From the NCBI GenBank assembly GCA_017453485.1, contig JAFTEW010000042.1, forward strand, positions 1,331-65,330: a stretch of 64,000 nt of DNA, given 5' to 3'. The notes beneath the pieces are model-generated. The model was not told where the DNA came from. It saw nothing but the letters and a program-made list of their open reading frames with translations, and searched no databases. A program made the position numbers and the translations under genes. This document shows, one piece after another, positions 56,715 through 64,000 of the stretch. The DNA is from Alphaproteobacteria bacterium. GTDB lineage: Bacteria; Pseudomonadota; Alphaproteobacteria; CAAHEQ01; UBA3637. Positions within the stretch are counted from its first letter, which is position 1. Each line of letters starts with the position of its first letter.

Positions 56715-57128
56715 ATGAATAAAATGTTAAAATATGCTATGATGTCATTGGCGGTAGCAGTGACTTTCACAGCGGTCGGCGCGTTTGCTGCCGGTGATGG
56801 TAACGTGTTTAATACAGTGCTTGATCGGATGTTGGTGACATTCCGGAACTCACGTTCTGTGATTTTCGTGGTCGGCGGCTTCGGTTTAATCGGCTTAGGC
56901 TTTGCGGCCATCTTCGGTAAAGTGAACTGGAAATGGTTGGCGGCTTTGGCTTGCGGTTTGGCCATTGTGGCTGTTGCCGGTCAGGTTGTTGACTATGTCA
57001 CACGTCAAGACGTTGGTCAAAACAAGGTCGATGTGGTCGGTTCTTCGTTTGGTGATACGTTGTCGGATAACGAATCTGGTTATTCTACTCACTATTCACC
57101 GGATCAAATCGACTTACACGTCAACTAA
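56715..57128 (+). CDS. TrbC/VirB2-family pilin-like protein (type IV secretion pilin-like) with an extended C-terminal tail
   Basis: 137 aa with signal peptide ...AVGAFA|AGDG and two hydrophobic helices separated by FGKVNWKW (VIFVVGGFGLIGLGFAAIFG / LAALACGLAIVAVAGQVVDYV). This is the VirB2/TrbC layout (by eye). Confidence 0.5.
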   Translation: MNKMLKYAMMSLAVAVTFTAVGAFAAGDGNVFNTVLDRMLVTFRNSRSVIFVVGGFGLIGLGFAAIFGKVNWKWLAALACGLAIVAVAGQVVDYVTRQDVGQNKVDVVGSSFGDTLSDNESGYSTHYSPDQIDLHVN

Positions 57129-57149
57129 GTTAGTGAGTCTTTTTCACGG

Positions 57150-57178
57150 CACCCCGTCATCCGACGGGGTGTTTTTTT
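57150..57178 (+). terminator. intrinsic terminator
   Basis: 9-bp stem CACCCCGTC/GACGGGGTG with a 4-nt loop, then TTTTTTT. Confidence 0.7.
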
Positions 57179-57214
57179 ATCGTTCTGTCATTTTCGGATT
57201 TTTCTTTTTCCCAT

Positions 57215-57339
57215 GTCATCCTGGGCCAAAGGCGACGCCGTCAGACGGCCCCAAGCGTCAGCAAGCGGGTAGCCAAAGGGAACAATTCATTAAACACATA
57301 AAATCCACCTGTCATCCTTGCGCAGGCGAGGATTCATAG
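57215..57339 (+). repeat. two adjacent copies of a GTCATCCT... hairpin repeat, related to the element at 24985..25060
   Basis: Copy A (57215..57297) and copy B (57311..57339) both start with GTCATCCTkG and end with ATTCATwrAACAC. Copy B folds as ATCCTTGC-GCAG-GCGAGGAT. Confidence 0.45.
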
Positions 57340-57357
57340 AACACGCAAATCTTTATA

Positions 57358-58128
57358 TTAAACCGGCTTTTGAAAAACCAGGACACGTTCTATTCCACCG
57401 AAATCCCGAATTGTGTCAATATGCCGGAATACATTTAAAAACAGGCTGCGGACATCATCTGCCTGGCCGATACCGATTTCCAAAAACAAATATGACCCTG
57501 GTTTTAAAAGGGAACCAACACCCGAGGCTAATGCCCGATAGGCATTCAGGCCATCAACCCCTCCATCCAAAGCCATTATCGGGTCATAATTTCGCACATC
57601 CGGGGAAAGGGTTTCAATATCCTTTGTCGGGATATAGGGCGGATTGGATACAACGATATCAAATTGGCCCAAATCCTTACCCCAATCTGGGTTCATAAAA
57701 TCCCGTTTAACCAATTCGGCAGAGCGGGAATGGCGATTCTGTTCAGCCACCGCCAAAGCCTTAGCCGAACAATCAACCCCGATACCTTTGGCCATCTGAT
57801 ATTCATCTAATAAGGAAAACAACAAACAACCGCTCCCGGTTCCGATATCCAATATTCGATAAGGCTGGCTTTGATCAGGATAATACTGTAAAACGGCTTC
57901 AATCACCTTTTCCGAATCGGAACGGGGGTCCAACACATCCTTGTTTACAACAAAATCCGATTTCCAAAAACCGCGAGAACCGATGATTTTAGAAATCGGT
58001 TCATGATTTAAACGCCGTTGAAGAACATCATCTATCCGTTCCGGATGATACTTCATCAACAACCGAGCATCCAATAAAGGCGTATCGGATACCGTTTTTA
58101 ACCGTTCGGCTAATTCTTTTAAATTCAT
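57358..58128 (-). CDS. prmC: release factor glutamine methyltransferase
   Basis: 256 aa with SAM motif ILDIGTGSG and catalytic NPPY. It lies directly downstream of prfA. Confidence 0.9.
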   Translation of the reverse strand: MNLKELAERLKTVSDTPLLDARLLMKYHPERIDDVLQRRLNHEPISKIIGSRGFWKSDFVVNKDVLDPRSDSEKVIEAVLQYYPDQSQPYRILDIGTGSGCLLFSLLDEYQMAKGIGVDCSAKALAVAEQNRHSRSAELVKRDFMNPDWGKDLGQFDIVVSNPPYIPTKDIETLSPDVRNYDPIMALDGGVDGLNAYRALASGVGSLLKPGSYLFLEIGIGQADDVRSLFLNVFRHIDTIRDFGGIERVLVFQKPV

Positions 58129-59196
58129 CTATTCCATTTCCGCCAGACGCGCCATTTGGTCTTCCGTAATCAAGGCATCAATAAATTCATCCAAATCACC
58201 GTCCATAAATTCGTGCAGTTGATAGGATGTTTTATTAATTCGATGGTCCGTCACACGCCCCTGCGGAAAATTATAGGTCCGTATCCGTTCCGATCTGTCA
58301 CCGGAGCCAACCTGATTTTTCCGATTTTGAGACCGTTCTTTATCCAAGGCCTGACGCTGCATATCATAAAGGGCTGTCCGCAGACGCATCATGGCCTTTT
58401 CTTTATTTTTAAATTGGGATCGTTCTTCCTGACATTCCACAGCGATTCCGGTCGGTTTATGCACAATCCGGATAGCACTGTCCGTTTTATTTACGTGCTG
58501 ACCGCCGGCCCCTGATGCCCGACATGTCGTAATTTCCAAATCGGCTTCATTTATTTTCACATCGACTTCTTGGGCTTCAGGCAAAACAGCCACCGTAGCC
58601 GCCGATGTATGAACCCGACCGCCGGCTTCGGTTTCTGGAACCCGTTGCACCCGATGAGCCCCCGATTCAAATTTTAATCGGGCAAAAACAGCATGACCGG
58701 AAATCTGGGCAACGGCTTCTTTATAACCGCCCAGTCCCGTTTCATTTAAGGACAAAACCTCAAACTTCCATCCTTTATTGGCAGCATAGCGTTCATACAT
58801 CCGAAACAATTCAGCCCCGAACAAAGCGGCTTCTTCCCCACCGGTTCCGGCCCGAATTTCTAAAACGACATTACGATCATCTGCCTCATCCCGGGGCAAC
58901 AGCAAAATTTGGATTTGTCGTTCCAACTCCGGTAATTTCTCTGTCAGCTCCCGAATTTCTTCGGCGGCCATCTCTTTCATATCCGCATCCAAAGAAACAT
59001 CCGTCGATAACGTTTTTGCTTCCGACAAATCATGGCAACATTTTTTGTATTCGTTTCCGACCCGGACAATATCTTCCAATGAACTCAATTCTTTGGATAA
59101 TTTCACAAATTCATCACCACTGGCACCAGCCGCCAGCAAAGCGGTAATTTCCTCGTGTCGGGACAAAATTGTCTCTAACTTTTGTTCAAAATTCAT
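58129..59196 (-). CDS. prfA: peptide chain release factor 1
   Basis: 355 aa with the PET tripeptide region (RVQRVPETE), GGQ (SGAGGQHVN) and an RF-1 type N-terminus. Confidence 0.95.
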   Translation of the reverse strand: MNFEQKLETILSRHEEITALLAAGASGDEFVKLSKELSSLEDIVRVGNEYKKCCHDLSEAKTLSTDVSLDADMKEMAAEEIRELTEKLPELERQIQILLLPRDEADDRNVVLEIRAGTGGEEAALFGAELFRMYERYAANKGWKFEVLSLNETGLGGYKEAVAQISGHAVFARLKFESGAHRVQRVPETEAGGRVHTSAATVAVLPEAQEVDVKINEADLEITTCRASGAGGQHVNKTDSAIRIVHKPTGIAVECQEERSQFKNKEKAMMRLRTALYDMQRQALDKERSQNRKNQVGSGDRSERIRTYNFPQGRVTDHRINKTSYQLHEFMDGDLDEFIDALITEDQMARLAEME

Positions 59197-59199
59197 CGG

Positions 59200-60240
59200 T
59201 TATTTTCCCGTTAATCCCGCAGCATCCAAAGTAATACCGGCCTTTGTCTGACCTTTATTCCCCAACGCTTTTTTCTTTTTACCGTCGATATAAACATCCA
59301 ATCCGCCGGCATTCGTTGTTTTCAGAACAAGGCCCTCGGAATCCTCATCCGGGTTATACTTATCACCAACATCCAAAGTCTTTTCCAACAAGACCCGATC
59401 GGCTTCTACATCCCGAACTTCAATCCAAACCTTATCCGTTGCAACCAAAGAAACGCGGGCAGCTTTTTTCAATCCGTAAACGACCGGCGTTCTTTTCGGA
59501 AGCGGCGGCGGCAAAGGTTTAGCCTTTTCATCTTCTTTTTTGACTTGACCATTGACATTCGACAATTCATCTGCCGTCATGGGGGCCGAAACAATTTCGC
59601 CGCCCTGTTCCGTCACCGTTTGACTCACAATCGGCATATCCGGCTCGGGAGCCGGAGTTTCAATCATCGCTTTATAAACGTTCCAAACCAAATACAGCAG
59701 CATCAATGCAATTAACGATTTAATAATTGTTTTGGCAGAGGGCATTAATTTGGGATCCGCATTGTGCGGCATATTCAAAGGCTCATCCGGGATATCAGTT
59801 GTCTCCCGATGAAACCGGGCTACCAATTCTTCGGCATCTAGCCCCAAAAAGACGGCATATGTCCGCAAAAAACCGATTCCATACACCAGGGCTGGAAAAT
59901 CATGGTATCGTCCTTTTTCCAGTGCCTCCAAATAGACTTCTTTAATCCGGAGCTTTTTGGCAATTGAAGATAACTTCATATGTCGGGCCAAACGCGCCTG
60001 TTGCAGTGCCATCCCCAGCGTCAGCGGCAACATTTCTTCACTTGCAGCCGTTTCTGTTTTCGGCGGACGTCCCCGGGGCCGTTTTTGTTCCGATACCGGC
60101 AAATCCGCTGCTTCCGCAACGGGTGCCACCGGAGCAGTCTTACGGGGTCTTCCCCGCGGACGCTTAACAACATCCGGTGCCATTTGTTCCTTTGGGTTCA
60201 TATCCCGAATTACTTCTTTTTTTTGCTCTGTTGTTTCCAT
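59200..60240 (-). CDS. RodZ-like HTH membrane protein (HTH + TM + DUF4115-like C-terminus)
   Basis: 346 aa. It has a basic AT-hook-like N-terminus (RPRGRPRK twice), an XRE-type HTH (LTLGMALQQARLARHMKLSSIAKKLRIKEVYLEALE), one TM and a C-terminal beta domain. Confidence 0.65.
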   Translation of the reverse strand: METTEQKKEVIRDMNPKEQMAPDVVKRPRGRPRKTAPVAPVAEAADLPVSEQKRPRGRPPKTETAASEEMLPLTLGMALQQARLARHMKLSSIAKKLRIKEVYLEALEKGRYHDFPALVYGIGFLRTYAVFLGLDAEELVARFHRETTDIPDEPLNMPHNADPKLMPSAKTIIKSLIALMLLYLVWNVYKAMIETPAPEPDMPIVSQTVTEQGGEIVSAPMTADELSNVNGQVKKEDEKAKPLPPPLPKRTPVVYGLKKAARVSLVATDKVWIEVRDVEADRVLLEKTLDVGDKYNPDEDSEGLVLKTTNAGGLDVYIDGKKKKALGNKGQTKAGITLDAAGLTGK

Positions 60241-60397
60241 AGAAAACCTCGTTAATTTAAAATTAGGAGTATTGTAGCCTTTTTTAATTGATTTGTAAAG
60301 TCTTTTTTACCGGCACGACAAATACGTATTGCATTTTTCAACGCCTTGTGGTATTCTGTTTTCCCATAAAGTAAAGGATATTAAAAGAGGATAACAA

Positions 60398-62161
60398 ATG
60401 AATCTGCTGAATCAAATCAAAGAAAAAGTGACGGCGGCCTATCAGGCTTGCGGTTTTAGTGCCGACAATATATTGGTTCGCCTATCGGATCGGCCGGATA
60501 TCGGGGATTATCAGTCAAACGGGGCTTTACCGCTGGCAAAAAGCCTACATCAAAATCCGCGGATGATTGCCGAACAGATTGCTGAAAAATTAAGGCAAGA
60601 TTCATTTTTTTCAAAGGTGTCCGTTGACGGCCCCGGTTTTATCAATATGACAATATCCGATACAGTTTTGGGAACAATTCTGTTTGATATTTTGGCAAAC
60701 CCAACCTGTGGCTATGAGCGTCCTGATTCGCCAAAAACAATCTTTTTGGATTACGGCGGTCCCAACGTTGCCAAAGCCCTTCATGTCGGACACTTGCGTC
60801 CGGCTGTAATTGGTGAATCCATAAAACGGATTTGCCAATTCGTCGGGGATAAAACCATTTCCGATGTCCATTTGGGAGATTGGGGCAAGCCGATGGGGTT
60901 GCTGATCACGGAATTACAGGACAGACAGCCGGACTTACCCTATTTTGATGCCAGCTATACCGGAGATTATCCGTCGGAAGCCCCCTTTACCGCCAAAGAT
61001 TTGGAAACAATGTATCCGATTGCCAGCAATCATGCCAAAGAGGACCCGACCTTTGCCGAACGCGCCCATGAAAATACCAAATTATTACAGGATGGCCATC
61101 GTGGCTATCGAGCCCTGTGGCATCACTTTATTAACCTGTCCGTTTCGGATATCAAAAAGTTATATGACGAATTAGACGTTTCCTTTGATTTGTGGCGCGG
61201 AGAAAGCCATGTGCATGAGCGCCTGATGAAGATGATTGACCGCTTACGGGCTGATGGAACTTTAATTAAGGACCAAGGGGCCGAAATTATTCCGGTCGGC
61301 AAAGCCAAAGGCGGGAATGACTTACCGCCATTGATCATGGTTAAATCCGATGGGGCGGTTATGTATGCGGCTACCGATTTAGCCACCATTGAAGAACGAG
61401 TGGATGAATTCCACCCGGATGCCATTTTATATGTGGTTGACGCCCGACAAGCCCTTCATTTTGAGCAAGTCTTCGCTGGGGCCAAAAAAATCGGTCTTGC
61501 CGATAACCTCAGTTTGGAACATCTGGGGTTTGGGACAATTAACGGCACGGATAACAAACCGTACAAGACACGTTCCGGCGGTATCCCGACATTGCGCTAC
61601 CTGATTGATACAGCCACAAGCGCAGCACTCGGCAAAATGGAATCGGGGGAAATGGGACGTGATTTAACGCCGGACGAAAAAACAAAAATATCCAAAATTG
61701 TCGGGGTATCAGCCTTAAAGTTTGCCGATTTAATGAATGAACGCATGAAAAACTATGTTTTTGATGAAGATAAATTAACCGGCACCGAAGGAAAAACAGG
61801 CCCGTATTTACTGTATGCCATGGTGCGTATGAAATCCGTATTGGACAAGATGAATGCCGATAGCGACCTATCGGCAACAGACACCGTCACGATAACAACA
61901 CCGGCGGAACGTCAATTATTGTTGCGTCTGTATGCCTTACCCGATTCGGTTCAAACAGCCTATGACAACCGGGCACCACATGTCATTGCCGATTATTTAT
62001 TTAAATTATCTCAGGATTTCAATTTATTTTATCACGATTGCCCGATCAAAGGAACCGATGAGGTCACACAAAAATCTCGTTTAACCTTGACAAAATATAC
62101 ATTGTTCGTTGCAAAGAAAATGGCTTATTTATTGGGATTACAGGTTCCGGACAAAATGTAA
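60398..62161 (+). CDS. argS: arginine--tRNA ligase
   Basis: 587 aa with the class I HIGH motif (PNVAKALHVGHLR) and a C-terminal DALR anticodon-binding domain. Confidence 0.95.
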   Translation: MNLLNQIKEKVTAAYQACGFSADNILVRLSDRPDIGDYQSNGALPLAKSLHQNPRMIAEQIAEKLRQDSFFSKVSVDGPGFINMTISDTVLGTILFDILANPTCGYERPDSPKTIFLDYGGPNVAKALHVGHLRPAVIGESIKRICQFVGDKTISDVHLGDWGKPMGLLITELQDRQPDLPYFDASYTGDYPSEAPFTAKDLETMYPIASNHAKEDPTFAERAHENTKLLQDGHRGYRALWHHFINLSVSDIKKLYDELDVSFDLWRGESHVHERLMKMIDRLRADGTLIKDQGAEIIPVGKAKGGNDLPPLIMVKSDGAVMYAATDLATIEERVDEFHPDAILYVVDARQALHFEQVFAGAKKIGLADNLSLEHLGFGTINGTDNKPYKTRSGGIPTLRYLIDTATSAALGKMESGEMGRDLTPDEKTKISKIVGVSALKFADLMNERMKNYVFDEDKLTGTEGKTGPYLLYAMVRMKSVLDKMNADSDLSATDTVTITTPAERQLLLRLYALPDSVQTAYDNRAPHVIADYLFKLSQDFNLFYHDCPIKGTDEVTQKSRLTLTKYTLFVAKKMAYLLGLQVPDKM

Positions 62162-62162
62162 T

Positions 62163-62729
62163 TCAGGCTTTACCGACCGTTGCCGACAGGCGGAACGAAT
62201 CAACCCCTATGTTTTTCAGGGCCAGATTCCATCGTTCCTCATAGGGCGTGTGGAACAGGATTTGATGTGTTGCCGGGGCTGTCACCCAAACATTTCCCAC
62301 CAATTCATCTTCCAATTGTCCCCGTTGCCAGGTCGCACAGCCCAACGTCATCAGATACTCGCTCGGTCCCTTACCGACAGCGATATCATGCAGAATATCC
62401 TGGGTCGCGGTCAAGGCAATATCATCTGTCACGGCATGAGTGGATAAGGTTTGATAATCCGTTGAATGTAGGATAAAACCGCTGGTTATTTTATCGGGGC
62501 CTCCCAATAATAACGGAGCAAAATCCGAATCCCGACCGGCCAGGTTTAATTGAGCCAAAATATCCCGTAAAAATAATTTTTCCGCCGGTTTATTGATAAC
62601 CAATCCTTTGGCCCCTTCCGTCGGTGAATGGGCAAACACATAAATAACCGACCGGTTAAAACGCACGTCGTCTATTCCGGGAACAGCAATCAAAAACTGT
62701 CCGATTAAAGAGGTATCCTCAACGTTCAT
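62163..62729 (-). CDS. YqgE/AlgH-family protein (UPF0301)
   Basis: GQFLIAVPGIDDVRFNRSVIYVFAHSPTEGAKGLVINKP is the family signature. I chose the start at MNVEDTS; the ORF track allows 62759. Confidence 0.8.
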   Translation of the reverse strand: MNVEDTSLIGQFLIAVPGIDDVRFNRSVIYVFAHSPTEGAKGLVINKPAEKLFLRDILAQLNLAGRDSDFAPLLLGGPDKITSGFILHSTDYQTLSTHAVTDDIALTATQDILHDIAVGKGPSEYLMTLGCATWQRGQLEDELVGNVWVTAPATHQILFHTPYEERWNLALKNIGVDSFRLSATVGKA

Positions 62730-63081
62730 TTTTATCTTCTTCGTCGTAGTCTTCCACAATACCGCTTAAATCCGATCGATTATTTTCATTTGTTTCTTCT
62801 TCCTCTAACATATCCAAATCATCGGATCCGATATCTTCATCGGACAAGGGAACATCCTCGGTCATTTGCAACAGGGCATCCTCATCCAAATTTTCATCAT
62901 CAATTTTCGGAGCGGCTTTTTTGGCCAGTTTCAACAATTGCTTGTTTTTGGCTTCTTCATAGGCCTCTAATGAATACTTTTCCCCGCATTTCGGGCAAGA
63001 AAAAGTCTTCTTTCGCATATCATAAAAAAAGGCCCCGCATTTTAAACATTTTCTTTTTAATCCCCATTCCGGTTTTGTCAT
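62719..63081 (-). CDS. TIGR02300 (FYDLN_acid)-type zinc-ribbon protein with an acidic tail
   Basis: 120 aa with CLKCGAFFYDM...CPKCGEKY, then an Asp/Glu-rich low-complexity C-terminus. Confidence 0.8.
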   Translation of the reverse strand: MTKPEWGLKRKCLKCGAFFYDMRKKTFSCPKCGEKYSLEAYEEAKNKQLLKLAKKAAPKIDDENLDEDALLQMTEDVPLSDEDIGSDDLDMLEEEETNENNRSDLSGIVEDYDEEDKNER

Positions 63082-63214
63082 TTTTATTCTCCTTTACACA
63101 ACTGTTTTTTTTGGGATTTGACACATTCCAAAGGCCTTGTCAATAAAAAAATGCATCGGGAGCAAAAAAATCCCCGTTTCAAAGCAAAACGGGGATTGTT
63201 CAGTAACCCGAATG

Positions 63215-64000
63215 TTATTTACAGATAACGCCGGCAGCACAAGCATACCCGTCCGGACGACCCGACCACACGGTATTATCATCGCGGCAGGCACCACCTT
63301 GAACCCAATAATTTTTCCCACAAACACCACTTGGCAATCCGGGAATTTTATTTTTAACAGCATTCAATTCTGCACAGGATAACAAACTTTTTCCAATAGA
63401 ACTACACCAACTCCGTGCTCCATTATAGGCTAAATATCCCCAGGTGCAATTTTTATCACGGTCTGCGGATCGACACCAAGACCGTAAATCGGACGCTGTA
63501 TTAAAGTAATAGGTGACACCATCAACAGTTGCGGTCTTAACATTTACTTTCTCACATACATCAGGAGTTCCACCACCCTGATAGTCACCGGAATGCCCGC
63601 CGTAATTACAGAAATATCCATCCGGACAGCCATTAATGGAAGAACAAGATTGTCCTTCATTCGGCTTACACCGACCATAGGCATCACAAACCCCTTTCAT
63701 GCCGGCCTGACTACATTCGGTTCCAGCCGGTAAGAAAGCATGCGTTTGATTACCGTTTGCATCTTCTTCACACGTCATACACGGTGAAAAAGCGCATGTT
63801 TCCGGTTCATCCTCACCTTCATCAGAATCCGTCTCTTTCCCCAATGTATTTGTAAAGACAAACGTGATGGTATTGGCTTCGCCCTGGTCACAGGATCCTG
63901 ATTGTCCCGATTCATCCGTATTGATGGCAATATCCTCGGGCACTTTCCAATCCATACCGTCAATACGCTGACAAACTTCGTCATTCATATCGGATACGGT
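63215..64000 (-). CDS. Cys-rich secreted protein, paralog of the 52398..54572 gene; N-terminus lies beyond the right window edge
   Basis: The frame is open to base 64000 (TVSD precedes the first in-window Met). DWKVPEDIAINTDESGQSGSCDQGEANTITFVFTN aligns with SWSLPKKITVNGVVNGRCDSDENNILFRFYD of the pilin-like protein. An acidic linker and a different Cys-rich C-terminal half (including CPDGYFCNYGG) follow. Confidence 0.6.
   Translation of the reverse strand, partial: TVSDMNDEVCQRIDGMDWKVPEDIAINTDESGQSGSCDQGEANTITFVFTNTLGKETDSDEGEDEPETCAFSPCMTCEEDANGNQTHAFLPAGTECSQAGMKGVCDAYGRCKPNEGQSCSSINGCPDGYFCNYGGHSGDYQGGGTPDVCEKVNVKTATVDGVTYYFNTASDLRSWCRSADRDKNCTWGYLAYNGARSWCSSIGKSLLSCAELNAVKNKIPGLPSGVCGKNYWVQGGACRDDNTVWSGRPDGYACAAGVICK

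Noticed and set aside
56359-56718. A 119-aa ORF spans the intergenic region between the zeta-like kinase and the VirB2-like gene.
   Set aside because: It runs through A-rich promoter sequence, giving a K-rich nonsense-like translation. It has no RBS and overlaps a better-supported micro-ORF and promoter. It is likely spurious.
1-64000. I looked for CRISPR arrays, rRNA operons, transposases/IS elements, integrases, prophage genes and canonical defence systems (restriction-modification, CBASS, retrons, toxin-antitoxin pairs).
   Set aside because: I found no regularly spaced direct repeats and no recognisable nuclease, methylase, reverse transcriptase, recombinase or capsid/terminase ORFs. The only toxin-like gene is the zeta-like kinase, which is reported separately.

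Overview
This is a gene-dense bacterial chromosomal window with about 60 protein-coding genes, 3 tRNAs, and no rRNA, CRISPR array, transposase or integrase that I can see. By eye it is AT-leaning; GC was not computed. TAG, TAA and TGA all act as stops.

The backbone is housekeeping synteny typical of Alphaproteobacteria:
- xseB-ispA
- ffh-rpsP-rimM-trmD-rplS
- rpsB-tsf
- ruvA-ruvB-ybgC-tolQ-tolR-tolA
- dnaB
- typA-ampG
- dnaK-dnaJ
- prfA-prmC
- argS
- a TIGR02300 (FYDLN_acid)-type zinc-ribbon protein

An adhE-rex operon has a recognisable Rex operator over its promoter, which suggests a fermentative, possibly host- or gut-associated lineage. That lifestyle call is inference.

Accessory patches sit between the housekeeping blocks. 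In rough order of interest:
1. A 724-aa protein has a type IV prepilin-like N-terminus fused to ten tandem 6-cysteine modules (52398..54572). A paralog with a different Cys-rich C-terminal half runs off the right edge (63215..64000).
2. A translationally coupled pair of predicted kinases, zeta-toxin-like P-loop plus APH-fold, lies directly upstream of that pilin-like gene. A TrbC/VirB2-like orphan pilin gene follows them. All of this lies next to tRNA-Gly.
3. A membrane-lipid locus (42027..50767) encodes a PlsC-like acyltransferase, a PAP2/sphingomyelin-synthase-like enzyme and a PEP-utilising ATP-grasp phosphotransferase. The phosphotransferase is interrupted by a single in-frame TAG. A triple-fusion LplT-acyltransferase-acyl-ACP synthetase and a GNAT are divergent from it.
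4. A VirB8-like protein is appended to a TolC-MacA-MacB-type efflux operon.
5. There are several orphan proteins:
- a coiled-coil protein with a His/Cys-rich tail
- a secreted Ala/Lys/Glu-rich coiled-coil protein
- an ORF inserted between rpsB and tsf
- ankyrin/MORN-like proteins
6. A small hairpin-forming dispersed repeat occurs at 2 loci.

All functional calls come from motif recognition by eye. No database search was run.
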